From assembly GCA_964396185.1 (NCBI GenBank), contig CAYNEI010000009.1, forward strand, positions 3,057 through 67,056: a DNA stretch of 64,000 nt, in the 5' to 3' direction. Below the pieces are notes generated by a model, which saw nothing but the letters and a program-made list of their open reading frames with translations, was not told where the DNA came from and searched no databases. The stretch's first letter is position 1. The number at the start of each line of letters is the position of its first letter. The translations under genes and the position numbers were made by a program. The DNA is from an uncultured Thermoplasmatales archaeon (GTDB taxonomy: Archaea > Thermoplasmatota > SW-10-69-26). Of the stretch, positions 35,001 to 46,353 are shown one piece after another.

Positions 35001-35279
35001 CAACACGGAGGCACGGAGACACGGAGGGAACGGAGACAGGAGGAGGGTGTGGAAGGACGGGAAGGGGAGGGAGACTGGAGGAAGACCAAGAGATGAGTGG
35101 GCCGGCGTCGAGCTTCGGATGGACTGAGTTAGAATGAGTATGACAGTTCCGGGGCCCCTATAGATCGCCTCTCTGCCGTCTGCCGCTCCGTTCGATGAAG
35201 GCCATCGTCTTTTGCGCGGACGCGCGCTCCTCTCGAATCTGGCGATTTGGTCTCCGTTCGCTCCGTGTCTCCGCGTTGT
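35001..35279. repeat. periodic-arm palindromic element (CACGGAG / CTCCGTG type), paralogue of 28621-28808
   Basis: GGAGACACGGAGGGAACGGAGAC in the left arm pairs with GTCTCCGTTCGCTCCGTGTCTCC (35250-35272), with 1 mismatch. The interior is also homologous to the 28621 copy, plus an extra ~90 nt. Confidence 0.85.
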
Positions 35280-35291
35280 ATCCCTCACCGC

Positions 35292-36896
<1,605 letters not shown>

Positions 36897-37090
36897 CGGT
36901 GGGGCCAGTTGTCCCGATGGCTAAAGGCTTGCGGCCCGCAGCCACGGGCGGCAAGAGCTCGCGCCTGTGGCGCGAGCAAGGCGCGATAGGTTCGTTCGGA
37001 GGGACGACGTTCGCCACCACTACGTAGCCAGCGCGTACTTCCGCCCTGGGCCCGAACGCCTGCTCATAAGCTGCCAGCCGATGGGCAACC

Positions 37091-37486
37091 TTGATGTCCC
37101 CTGAACGCGAATCCGAGCTCATGGACCTGGACGATGTCGAACGCATCTGCTGGTGGGGTGCCGGCATCTCCTGGGTCATCTTCTTCACCGCCTTGGCCGG
37201 CGAGGTGTTCGGCTGGTGGAACGACGCTGGTGAGATCGCCATCTCGGTCACTGGCGTGCTCGGTTCCTTGCTCGCTGTCATCGCGTTGCTCGTCGCAGCG
37301 ACCAAGGGCCAGGTCCGCGCCGCCACGGAGGGCGTGACAGACAACGGACGCCGTCTTGGGTTGATCCACCACCAGCTCATCGACGTCGGGGGCGATGTCG
37401 AACCCTTGCACGGGGATATGGGGACCCTGCATGACGACATGGGCGACGTCAAGGGCCTGCTCGTCGAGATCCGCGACCGGCTCTGA
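37091..37486 (+). CDS. small membrane protein (2 TM) with H/D-rich C-terminus
   Basis: WWGAGISWVIFFTALAG and GVLGSLLAVIALLVAA helices. GC3-rich. TCATAAGCT box about 25 nt upstream. ATG at 37094 is an alternative start. Confidence 0.55.
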   Translation: MMSPERESELMDLDDVERICWWGAGISWVIFFTALAGEVFGWWNDAGEIAISVTGVLGSLLAVIALLVAATKGQVRAATEGVTDNGRRLGLIHHQLIDVGGDVEPLHGDMGTLHDDMGDVKGLLVEIRDRL

Positions 37487-37593
37487 CCCAGCCTGCACTC
37501 CGCCGGCACGCCTGATCGCGGCGAAGCCGCGAACCCTTGGTGGGGGACGCACCACCCACAACACCTATCTCCTCCATCCGCTTGGTTGACCTC

Positions 37594-38337
37594 ATGCGAA
37601 CCGTCTTGATCGCCCTGCTGCTCGCTGCCTCCGGCCTGGCCGGATGCATCGGCGGGGAGGACCCGGCTCCAGAGCTCGGGAGCTACACGCCGGTGGACGC
37701 TCAGGCTGCTGGTGGGGGCGGCCACCAGCATGGAGGCAGCGGAGGCCTCGACCACGCCGCCCAGCTCGACCACTTCAACGCCAGCCACGCCATGACCTTC
37801 GAGGTCGACGAGACCCCCGTGGCCTTCAATCTCACTTGGGAGCTCGCCTCGGGTAACGCTACCCTGATGGTCTCGGATGACGCCGGAGCCACCGTGCTTG
37901 AGCGCGTGCTCACAGCACCCAATGGCTCCCTGCTCGAGGAGCTCGACGGTGAACCAGGCACCTGGACGATGAACGTGACCGGGACGGACGCCACGGGCTC
38001 GTTGGCCGCCAACGCTGGCGACCCTGCCCACTACGGTCTGCGCCAGGACGACCCCATCAGCCACGAGGAGACGTACACTGTAGGCACGGGGAGCCAGGAC
38101 TGGAGCTGGACGAGCGCGGGCACGGCCCGGATCGACTTCCTCATCCAGGGCGCGGCCGGCTCCGCGGCCATCCGCATCCTGGGCATGATGGGTGAGCCCA
38201 TCGACACCGTGGAGCTCGACGGAGCAGGCATGGCCGAGGGCACCTACACCATCCAGGGTGCTCCAGGCCCCTGGGACGTGGCCATCCAGACCGACGGCTT
38301 CACGGGCACCATCGAGTTCAGCCTGGCCGGAGCGTGA
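37594..38337 (+). CDS. lipoprotein with PPC-like C-terminal domain
   Basis: MRTVLIALLLAASGLAGC lipobox. The C-terminal IDFLIQGAAGSAAIRILGMMGEPID...GPWDVAIQTDG is similar in style to the 33989 protein. Confidence 0.65.
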   Translation: MRTVLIALLLAASGLAGCIGGEDPAPELGSYTPVDAQAAGGGGHQHGGSGGLDHAAQLDHFNASHAMTFEVDETPVAFNLTWELASGNATLMVSDDAGATVLERVLTAPNGSLLEELDGEPGTWTMNVTGTDATGSLAANAGDPAHYGLRQDDPISHEETYTVGTGSQDWSWTSAGTARIDFLIQGAAGSAAIRILGMMGEPIDTVELDGAGMAEGTYTIQGAPGPWDVAIQTDGFTGTIEFSLAGA

Positions 38338-38346
38338 ACCTCCCTC

Positions 38347-39447
38347 ATGGCCAAGCCAGCCCCGCTGGCGGATACGCTGCGCGCACGGATCCAGGCCGAC
38401 GGGCCGCTGGCCTTCTCGGAGTGGATGGAGGCCTGCCTCTACCACCACGAGCACGGCTACTACGCCCAGGCCACGTTCACCACGGGCCGCCAAGGGGACT
38501 TCGCCACTGCGCCCGACGCCGGGCCTCTTATGGGACGCACCCTGGCCCAGCTCGTGGAGACGTTCGCGCGCGAGCCCGGCCGGCTCATCGAGGTTGGCCC
38601 AGGCAGCGGCCGCTTGATGGGGGACATCCTGGACGCGCTATCGCCTGAGGCCCTGGACCACCTCGAGCTCGGCCTCGTCGAGCCCTTCGAACAGCGCCAC
38701 GCGCCGCTCCACGCAGAGCTCGAAAGCCACCCCGTCGAGGCCCAAGTCCTCCAGAGCACCGACGAGCTCGACCCCGCGCGCACCCTCCTGCTCGCCAACG
38801 AGCTGCTCGACGCGCTGCCAACCGACATCGTCCGCCGAGACGCGCAGGGCTGGGAGCAACTGGCTGTGACCATGCAGGGGGACGGCTTCGCGGAGACCTG
38901 GCAGCCGGCCACCGATGCGGTTGCACGGTTCGCCGACGAGCACGCCAGCCAACTGCCGGACGGCCACCGGTACGAGGCCTCCCCGGCCATCGGCGAGATG
39001 CTCGCATCCATGGCCCGCGTCGTCGACCCGGGCTGCCTGGTGCTCTTCGATTACGGAGGCCGCTTCCGGGACATCTGGCCCCAGCGGGAGACCGGAACGC
39101 TGCGCGCCTTCCACGACCACCAGCACGTCGACCCCCTGAGCGCTCCTGGCCGGTGCGATCTCACCTTCGATGTGGACTTCACCATGGTCCAGCGGGAGGC
39201 CGCTCGCCTGGAGCTGGACACGGTCGCCTTCGGGCCTCAAGAGAACCTTCTTGTCCACCTTGGCCTGGTGGACCAAGCGCGAGCCAGCGGCGAGATGCTG
39301 GCCATCAAGCAGCTCGTCGTGCCGGGGTCCTTCGCCGGACGGTTCCAAGCCCTCGTGCTGGATCGGGGCGCTCTGGCGAGCGAACTCGACCTCAAGGTGG
39401 ACCTCCAGGACCCATCCATCTGGGAACGAGCGGGCGGCTTGTTCTGA
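38347..39447 (+). CDS. MidA/NDUFAF7-family (DUF185) SAM-dependent methyltransferase
   Basis: FSEWMEACLYHHEHGYY, GDFATAP, LIEVGPGSGRLMGDIL, ANELLDALP. Confidence 0.8.
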   Translation: MAKPAPLADTLRARIQADGPLAFSEWMEACLYHHEHGYYAQATFTTGRQGDFATAPDAGPLMGRTLAQLVETFAREPGRLIEVGPGSGRLMGDILDALSPEALDHLELGLVEPFEQRHAPLHAELESHPVEAQVLQSTDELDPARTLLLANELLDALPTDIVRRDAQGWEQLAVTMQGDGFAETWQPATDAVARFADEHASQLPDGHRYEASPAIGEMLASMARVVDPGCLVLFDYGGRFRDIWPQRETGTLRAFHDHQHVDPLSAPGRCDLTFDVDFTMVQREAARLELDTVAFGPQENLLVHLGLVDQARASGEMLAIKQLVVPGSFAGRFQALVLDRGALASELDLKVDLQDPSIWERAGGLF

Positions 39448-39612
39448 CCAGGATCGGATGCGTGGCCGGGTTCGCCGCGAGCCTCATGGGCTGGTCAAGC
39501 GTCCCGCGTAGGTCCACATTGCCGCTCACGTGACCGGGAACGACTCCTCTCAGGAGTGGTTCGTCCCTTGCCCCTGTTAGCGTTAAGTAGGAGGAGGGGT
39601 TTGGACGGCCGA

Positions 39613-41493
39613 ATGCGACTCCTGCTCATCCACGCTGATCGCATCCGCTTCCAGGCCAAGAAGGCCATCAAGCGTTTGGCTGAGGATCTGGAGTCCACGA
39701 CCGGCGAGCAGGATGGGCTCGAGGAGACCCTGGTCGCCTTCTGCACCATCGAGTCTGGCGACGAGGGGAACCCCGAGGGGATCATCGAGAACGCTGTGGC
39801 CACGATCCGTGACCACGCGGACCAGGTGAAGGTCGAGCGCGTCTTCGTCTACCCCTACGCGCACCTCTCTGACGACCTCGCCTCACCCAAGTTCGCCACG
39901 GACCTGACCATCCAGCTCACCGAGGCCCTGACCGATGCGGGCTTCGAGACCAAGCGCTCGCCGTTCGGCTGGTACAAGTCCTTCCAACTCGAGGCCAAGG
40001 GCCACCCCCTGGCCGAGCTCTCCCGCACCATCACGGCGGAGGGCGAGGGCAGCGAGCTCGAGGTCGAGGCCGGCACCGATGCCGAGTCGGCTGCGGTGGC
40101 CAAGGAGACCCAACTGGCCAAGGAGTGGAAGATCCTCACCACCGACGGCGAGCTCGTTGATCCGGATGACTTCGATTTCACCGACCACGCGGACCTTGAA
40201 GCCCTCTACCAGCATGAGGCCCACGGCTCGCGCAAGGCCAAGGGCAAGCCTGCCCACGTGGAGCTCATGCAGGAGCTCGAGCTCGTGGACTACGAGCCCG
40301 GCGCGGATGCAGGCAACTTCCGCTGGTACCCGAAGGGTGCGCTGGTCAAGCGCCTCATCGAGGCCCACGTGAGCGAGATCGCAGGCGAGTTCGGTGGCAT
40401 GCGGGTCGAGACGCCGATCATGTACGACTACGAGCACCCGGCGCTCAAGAAGTACCTCGACCGGTTCCCCGCCCGCCAGTACATCCTGAAGAGCGAGGAC
40501 AAGGAGTACTTCCTCCGGTTCGCGGCCTGCTTCGGCCAGTACCTCATCGCCCACGACATGACCCTCTCCTACCGGCACCTGCCCGCCCGGCTCTACGAGC
40601 TAACCCACTACTCGTTCCGGCGCGAGCAGACCGGCGAGCTCAGCGGGCTGCGCCGGCTGAGAACGTTCACAATGCCGGACATGCACACCATCGTGCGCGA
40701 CGTCGACCAAGCCAAGGAGGAGTTCCTGGCCCAGTACCGGGAGAGCGCCCGTTTCATGGCGGACCTGGACCTCCCATACTACCCAGCCCTTCGGTTCGTG
40801 CGCAGCTTCTACGAGGAGAACCAGGACCTGGCCGCCCAGCTCGTGGAGACCATCGGCAAGCCAGCCCTCGTCGAGCTCTGGGACGACCGGTTCTTCTACT
40901 TCGTCATGAAGTTCGAGTTCAACGTCGTGGACACCCAGGGCAAGGCCAGTGCCTTGTCCACCGTCCAGATCGACGTGGAGAACTGCGAGCGCTTCGACAT
41001 CACGTACACGAACGAGGAGGGCCAGAAGGCCACGCCTCTGATCCTCCACGCCTCCTTCAGCGGCAGCGTGGACCGCGACGTCTACGCGCTCCTGGAGACC
41101 GCAGCCCGACGAGCTGGCGCGGGCGAGAAACCCTCGCTCCCGTACTGGCTCTCACCGACCCAAGTACGGTTCATCCCCGTCTCGGACGATTTCGTACCCC
41201 ACTGCCTCGAGCTCGCGGGAGAGCTCGACGCACGGGCCGATGTGGACGACCGGGACGAGACCGTGGGGCGGCGGATCCGGGATGCCGAGAAGGAGTGGGT
41301 TCCGATCATCATCGTCGTCGGCGACCGGGAGCTGGACAGTGGGGAATACCCTGTCCGCGCCCGCACCGGCGAGGAACGCGAGCTCGACCGCGAGGGCCTC
41401 CAGGCCCACGTGCGAGAGCTCCAAGGGGGGTTACCAACCGAGCCGCTACCGCTACCGGTGCGCGTCTCTGCACGACCGATCTTCAGAGGTTGA
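39613..41493 (+). CDS. thrS: threonyl-tRNA synthetase, archaeal type with N-terminal editing domain
   Basis: MRLLLIHADRIRF (archaeal DTD-like editing domain), class II core (FRREQTGELSGLRRLRTFTMPDMH), and an anticodon-binding end (PTQVRFIPV). ATG at 39613 preferred over 39556. Confidence 0.92.
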   Translation: MRLLLIHADRIRFQAKKAIKRLAEDLESTTGEQDGLEETLVAFCTIESGDEGNPEGIIENAVATIRDHADQVKVERVFVYPYAHLSDDLASPKFATDLTIQLTEALTDAGFETKRSPFGWYKSFQLEAKGHPLAELSRTITAEGEGSELEVEAGTDAESAAVAKETQLAKEWKILTTDGELVDPDDFDFTDHADLEALYQHEAHGSRKAKGKPAHVELMQELELVDYEPGADAGNFRWYPKGALVKRLIEAHVSEIAGEFGGMRVETPIMYDYEHPALKKYLDRFPARQYILKSEDKEYFLRFAACFGQYLIAHDMTLSYRHLPARLYELTHYSFRREQTGELSGLRRLRTFTMPDMHTIVRDVDQAKEEFLAQYRESARFMADLDLPYYPALRFVRSFYEENQDLAAQLVETIGKPALVELWDDRFFYFVMKFEFNVVDTQGKASALSTVQIDVENCERFDITYTNEEGQKATPLILHASFSGSVDRDVYALLETAARRAGAGEKPSLPYWLSPTQVRFIPVSDDFVPHCLELAGELDARADVDDRDETVGRRIRDAEKEWVPIIIVVGDRELDSGEYPVRARTGEERELDREGLQAHVRELQGGLPTEPLPLPVRVSARPIFRG

Positions 41494-41499
41494 GGAAAG

Positions 41500-42414
41500 A
41501 TGTCCAAGGACTATCAGGTCTTCGTGAACGGCGAGTTCGTACCCGAGAACGAGGCGCGCGTCAGCGTCTTCGACCACGGCTTCCTCTACGGGGATGGCGT
41601 GTTCGAAGGCATCCGCGCCTACGATGGCCGGGTCTTCCGGCTCAAGGAGCACATGGATCGGCTCTACGATTCCGCCAAGGCCATCGACCTCCACCCCCCC
41701 TACGACCAGGAGGAGATGACGGACCTGATCCTCGAGGCGTGCAGGCTCAACGAGCTCCAGGACGCCTACATCCGCCCCATCTTCAGCCGCGGCATCGGTG
41801 ATCTGGGCCTGGACCCGCGCAAGTGCAAGACGCCCACGACGATCATCATCGCACGCGAGTTCCCCACCCTCTACGGAGCAGAGCTCTACGAGACCGGACT
41901 GACCGTGGCCACGGTCTCCAACCGCCGCAACCCACCTGAGTGCCTCTCGCCCAACATCAAGTCGCTCAACTACCTCAACAACATCCTTGGACGCATCGAT
42001 GCCAACCAGCGGGGCGTGGACGAGGGCCTGATGCTCGACATCCGGGGCTTCGTGAGCGAGGCCACCGCGGACAACGTGTTCATCATCACGGATGGCGTGG
42101 TCAAGACGCCACCGTACCACAACAGCCTCAAGGGCATCACGCGCCGGACCGCCATGGATGTCGCCGAGCGCGAGGGCTTGGTCGTCGAAGAGACACCCAT
42201 GACCCTCTTCGACATCTACAGCGCGGACGAGATGTTCATCACGGGCACGGCTGCAGAGATCGCACCCGTCGTCGAGGTCGACGAGCGCCAGATCGGGGAT
42301 GGCACCCCGGGCCGCATCACCAAGCAACTCGTGGACGCCTTCAAGCGTTTCACGCGCTCGCCGCAGAACTCCACGGCCATTTACCCGGAGACCGAGGAGA
42401 AGGTCGAGGCGTAG
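41500..42414 (+). CDS. ilvE: branched-chain amino acid aminotransferase (fold type IV)
   Basis: [31 protein letters not shown] (catalytic Lys), [14 protein letters not shown]. Confidence 0.88.
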   Translation: MSKDYQVFVNGEFVPENEARVSVFDHGFLYGDGVFEGIRAYDGRVFRLKEHMDRLYDSAKAIDLHPPYDQEEMTDLILEACRLNELQDAYIRPIFSRGIGDLGLDPRKCKTPTTIIIAREFPTLYGAELYETGLTVATVSNRRNPPECLSPNIKSLNYLNNILGRIDANQRGVDEGLMLDIRGFVSEATADNVFIITDGVVKTPPYHNSLKGITRRTAMDVAEREGLVVEETPMTLFDIYSADEMFITGTAAEIAPVVEVDERQIGDGTPGRITKQLVDAFKRFTRSPQNSTAIYPETEEKVEA

Positions 42415-42429
42415 CGGCTGGAGATCCTG

Positions 42430-44058
42430 CTAGGCATCCGTCTCGGGGTCGTGCTCGAAGGCTGGATGTTCGTAGCCGCCTTGGACGTCCTCGGCGAACG
42501 CCTGGGTGAACCCCTGCATGAACGCAGCGTTGGAGAGCCCTGCCGAGGCCGAGCCGACCAACACCAAGATCGGCGCGAGCACGAGGCCTGGTTGCTCCTC
42601 TTGTAGGACCGTCAGGCTCTCGGCTGTGAGCACGAACTCGAGCTCTGCGGTCCGGAGAGCGTCGGTGACGTTGGCCAGCTCTGCCTCGTACTCGCTGGCC
42701 CGGGGATCGATCTCCTGGACAGCTTCGAGGCAGGCGGCGAGCTGGGGCCCATCCATGGATCGGTGGTGCTTGGCATCCGCGAGCACCGGTAGGAAGCTCG
42801 TTGCGCTGATCCAGAACTCGTTGGACCGGGTCTCATCCCCGCTGCAGGCCACACTGGGCTCGGGGAGGTCCATGTCCACGCGCTGGTGGAGGCGGAAGGC
42901 GTCCAGGGTGGGTCCACCGGGGAGCGCCTTGTCCTCTCGGGCCAGCACCTGGGTGACCGCTTCGAGCTGACCGGTACCAGTGCCATCGGGGAGCTCGGCG
43001 GTGAACCGGAACTCGTCACCGACAGCGAGATCAAGAGCCCAGAACCGCTCGGCGAGATCGACGGCTGCAGGGTCCGGGAGCTGCTCGGCGGGATCCGGAT
43101 CGAAGGTCTCCTCCGAGTACGGTTCATCGTGCTCGTACCACGGGTGCTCCTCGGTGCCCGGCACCGGCTCCCAGTCGGCATCAGCGCCGAACCGGTAGCG
43201 TGCCACCCCATCCAGCCACGCCGAAGCAGAAGCCCCGGCTCGCTCAACGACCCCGGTGGGGCCGATGAACAGCGAGGCATCAGACATGAGCTCCCACTCG
43301 GCGTCGAGCTCTGCTGCGGCGTCGATCTCCTGCTCAGGATCGTGGCCGAGCACCTCTCCCATGAAACTCGGTTCACCGTCGCTCTGGAAGGCGATCTTCA
43401 CCTCGCTGGCGTCCTCCAGGGCTTGGATGCGCAACGTGTTCTCCACGGGGATGGCGAAGCGCTCGTGGAAGCGCTCGAGCATCGCCTCCCCCTCTTCGAA
43501 CCCGCTCTCGGGCGCCACGGCGCCGACGTCGAGGTCGGCCAGGGTGAACTCGAACGAGCTCTCGATGTTCTGGGTCCAGCGGGCCAGCGCGCCGGGCGAC
43601 ATGGCCAGGGGCACCGGGAAGCCGCCGACGTCGGTCCATGGCGCCTGGATCTCGGTGCGCTCGGCCAGGGTCTCGGTGGCCAGGGTGAGCTTGAGCGTCG
43701 TGACCGGGTAGAGCCCCCGGATCTGGATGCGGTCCCCGTCTTCGACCATCGATTGGCCGGTGAACGCGTCCAGGGAGGTCGTCGCTGGGATGCCCTCGGC
43801 GTCGATGTGGTGGACCGTGACCGAGCTCGGGTCCACGGGCTCACCGTCGTGTGTGTAGGTGAACGTCGTCGCCAGGGCTTCCTGGATGTCCTGGGGCGTC
43901 TCGAAGTCGAGCTCCCCGTCCAGGTTGACGGCCATGGTGCGCGTCAACCGGTGAGCGGCATGCGCCTCGTCCTGATCCCCTTGCTCGACGATGCACCCTG
44001 CAAGCCCTGTGAGAACCAGGGCGATCCCCATGAGCAACGAAAGCCCCGCTCGCGGCAT
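42430..44058 (-). CDS. large acidic lipoprotein, function unknown
   Basis: MPRAGLSLLMGIALVLTGLAGC lipobox from the ATG at 44058, with a 540-aa acidic body. Confidence 0.65.
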   Translation of the reverse strand: MPRAGLSLLMGIALVLTGLAGCIVEQGDQDEAHAAHRLTRTMAVNLDGELDFETPQDIQEALATTFTYTHDGEPVDPSSVTVHHIDAEGIPATTSLDAFTGQSMVEDGDRIQIRGLYPVTTLKLTLATETLAERTEIQAPWTDVGGFPVPLAMSPGALARWTQNIESSFEFTLADLDVGAVAPESGFEEGEAMLERFHERFAIPVENTLRIQALEDASEVKIAFQSDGEPSFMGEVLGHDPEQEIDAAAELDAEWELMSDASLFIGPTGVVERAGASASAWLDGVARYRFGADADWEPVPGTEEHPWYEHDEPYSEETFDPDPAEQLPDPAAVDLAERFWALDLAVGDEFRFTAELPDGTGTGQLEAVTQVLAREDKALPGGPTLDAFRLHQRVDMDLPEPSVACSGDETRSNEFWISATSFLPVLADAKHHRSMDGPQLAACLEAVQEIDPRASEYEAELANVTDALRTAELEFVLTAESLTVLQEEQPGLVLAPILVLVGSASAGLSNAAFMQGFTQAFAEDVQGGYEHPAFEHDPETDA

Positions 44059-44195
44059 GGCCCATGCACGCAAGTGGCAAGGTGATAACGCTTGCGAGTT
44101 CGGGACAGGGTGGCGTGCCCGCATGCTGGCCCCCCATGGCCACTCCAACGTCGTGACCAGAGCGTTTAAGACCCCATCGAGCCACTCGCGATCTC

Positions 44196-45164
44196 ATGCG
44201 GGGAGCATGGCTGCTTGCCCTCCTGCTCACAACCCCGGTCTTGGCCGGTTGCCTAGGTGGAGGGGAGGGCGGAGATGAGGGCGACGAACTGCGTCGGCAA
44301 CGCGCTGAGGTGACCAGCCAACTTGGAGGGATCGAGGGATCCGTCACGGACACCGCGATCCAGCCCATCGAGGGCATCAACGTGACCCTTCAGGAGACCG
44401 GCGACGTGGCGGGGACCGCCGTGGACGGGAGCTTCGCCTTCTCGAAGCTCACGCCCGGCAGCTACACCGTGGTCGTGCAGGGCGATGGGTTCGTGAGTCA
44501 GCAAGCCGAGGCGAGCGTGCAAGCCGGCGATGCAGCCGTCGTGGATTTCATCCTCGAGCCCCTGGCCAGCCAGGAGGCTTACACGCAACAGCTTGAGCTC
44601 GCAGGGTTCTTCGAGTGCGGTGCCGAGGTTGGCTGGAACATCAGCCAGCTCCCGGTGCTCGGCTACTTCTTCTATGGCCGCTCGGTCTGCTCGACCCCGA
44701 ACGGCATCTTGGGCGGCAACGCCACGAACGACAGGTTCGCCCACTTCTTCAGCCTGGATGCCCCCATCGAGACCGTCGTCTACGAGATGGTCTGGGACCC
44801 GACCAACCGGATGAGCGAGTGGATGACCACGCGCATGGAGATCGAGGGCTTCGCCAACGACGGCATCGGCACGATCTTCCGCACCCAGGGCCCCAGTCCC
44901 ATCCACGTCCGCATGGACCGCCCCGTCTGGGAGGGGCTCCAGGAGAACTACACCGCCGAGTGCGAGGAGGGCGAGGACGCGTACTGCGGCTACAGCTTCT
45001 TCGACGGAGGCTGGGATCTCCAGACCCGCGTCTTCCCGGCCTGGCAGTGCGCCGATGAGCGCGGCGGTGGCTGCGTGGTCGTGCAACAGGAGTTCACGCA
45101 CTTCGTGAGCGCCTTCTACAACGCGCCAGCCCCGGACGGGTTCGCCGTGGCCAACGGCGGCTGA
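44196..45164 (+). CDS. lipoprotein with carboxypeptidase-regulatory-like domain (paralogue A)
   Basis: Lipobox TPVLAGC. GSVTDTAIQPIEGINVTL...DGSFAFSKLTPGSYTVVV is CarboxypepD_reg-like. Colinear similarity to the 45354 product. Confidence 0.75.
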   Translation: MRGAWLLALLLTTPVLAGCLGGGEGGDEGDELRRQRAEVTSQLGGIEGSVTDTAIQPIEGINVTLQETGDVAGTAVDGSFAFSKLTPGSYTVVVQGDGFVSQQAEASVQAGDAAVVDFILEPLASQEAYTQQLELAGFFECGAEVGWNISQLPVLGYFFYGRSVCSTPNGILGGNATNDRFAHFFSLDAPIETVVYEMVWDPTNRMSEWMTTRMEIEGFANDGIGTIFRTQGPSPIHVRMDRPVWEGLQENYTAECEEGEDAYCGYSFFDGGWDLQTRVFPAWQCADERGGGCVVVQQEFTHFVSAFYNAPAPDGFAVANGG

Positions 45165-45171
45165 TCTGCGG

Positions 45172-45278
45172 GCTCACCACAACGCCACAACGGGCACAAG
45201 GACCCCGGACGGGCGGGAACCCTCCCCCTGTTCCCGGTCCCATCGTGAGCCGTTGTGCCCTTCGTGCCGTTGTCGTCG
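45172..45278. repeat. periodic-arm palindromic element (CACAACGG type), imperfect
   Basis: CTCACCACAACGCCACAACGGGCACAAGGACC, central hairpin GGGAAC-cctccccct-GTTCCC, then GTGAGCCGTTGTGCCCTTCGTGCCGTTGTCGTCG. Confidence 0.65.
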
Positions 45279-45353
45279 ACCCCATGAAGGCTGGCCAACC
45301 GATCAAGAAGCTGCCCGCAAAGGTTTTGAACCCCCACGAGAGCTGAGGGACTG

Positions 45354-46328
45354 ATGCGTCCTTGGGTCCTAGCCATCGTGCTCCTGCTCCCGGCCTTCGT
45401 CGGTTGCCTTGGAGGGGACGAAGACTCGAACGAGGACGTGGTCCGACAGCGAGCCGAGGTCACCGGGGAGCTCGGAGGCATCGAAGGCGTGGTCACCGAC
45501 CCCGCCATCCAACCGATCGAGGGCGCCACGGTGCTCCTGGTCGAGACGAACGAAACGGTCGAGACCGCCCAGGATGGCAGCTATGCGTTCTCACGCGTCG
45601 AGCCTGGCACGTACACGATCCAGGTGCGCGCCGAAGGGTTCGTCCCTGACGAGCAGACCGTCCAGGTCCGCACCGGGCGCGCAGCCGTGGTGGACTTCAT
45701 CATCAGCCACGGAGCCATCCAGGAAGCCTACACCCAAGAGCTCGAGATGGCCGGCTTCGTCGAGTGCGGGATCGGCTGGCGCCAGGACCTCGCCGACATG
45801 CCCACCGTGCTGCTCGAAGACAGCGCGTTCGCAGCCTGCGCGGTCCCGAACCTCCAGCTCGGCGGGAACGCCACCAACGACCGGTTCCTGCACACCTTCG
45901 AGCTCGAGGCCCCCATCGCCACCGTGGTCTACGAGCTGGATTGGCCCAGCGGTGGACCGGCCGTGGCAGACCCGGCGCTGCGTACGATCATGGAGATCGA
46001 CGGCTTCATCAACCAGAACGGATCGCGCCTCATGGACACTCGTGGTGGCAGCCCCATCGTGGTCCGCATGGACGAACCTGTCTGGGAGCAGATGGACCAG
46101 AATTTCACCGACCGCTGCGAGGGTCTCAACGGTTCCGAGGCCAACGACGCGTGGTGCGGGTTCAACTTCTGGGACAACGGCTGGCCCCTCGTGCTTCGCG
46201 TGTTCGCCACCGGTGATTGCGCGGACACGCCCGTTGCGGCCTGCTTGGTTTTCCAGCAGGAGTTCACCCACTACGTGAGCGCTTTCTACAACGAGCCAGC
46301 GCCCAGCGGGTACCAGATCACAGGCTGA
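45354..46328 (+). CDS. lipoprotein with carboxypeptidase-regulatory-like domain (paralogue B)
   Basis: Lipobox LPAFVGC. RQRAEVTGELGGIEGVVTDPAIQPIEGATV... and the C-terminal QQEFTHYVSAFYNEPAPSGY mirror paralogue A. Confidence 0.75.
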   Translation: MRPWVLAIVLLLPAFVGCLGGDEDSNEDVVRQRAEVTGELGGIEGVVTDPAIQPIEGATVLLVETNETVETAQDGSYAFSRVEPGTYTIQVRAEGFVPDEQTVQVRTGRAAVVDFIISHGAIQEAYTQELEMAGFVECGIGWRQDLADMPTVLLEDSAFAACAVPNLQLGGNATNDRFLHTFELEAPIATVVYELDWPSGGPAVADPALRTIMEIDGFINQNGSRLMDTRGGSPIVVRMDEPVWEQMDQNFTDRCEGLNGSEANDAWCGFNFWDNGWPLVLRVFATGDCADTPVAACLVFQQEFTHYVSAFYNEPAPSGYQITG

Positions 46329-46353
46329 GCTCCGCTCACAGGGTGAGCTTGCA

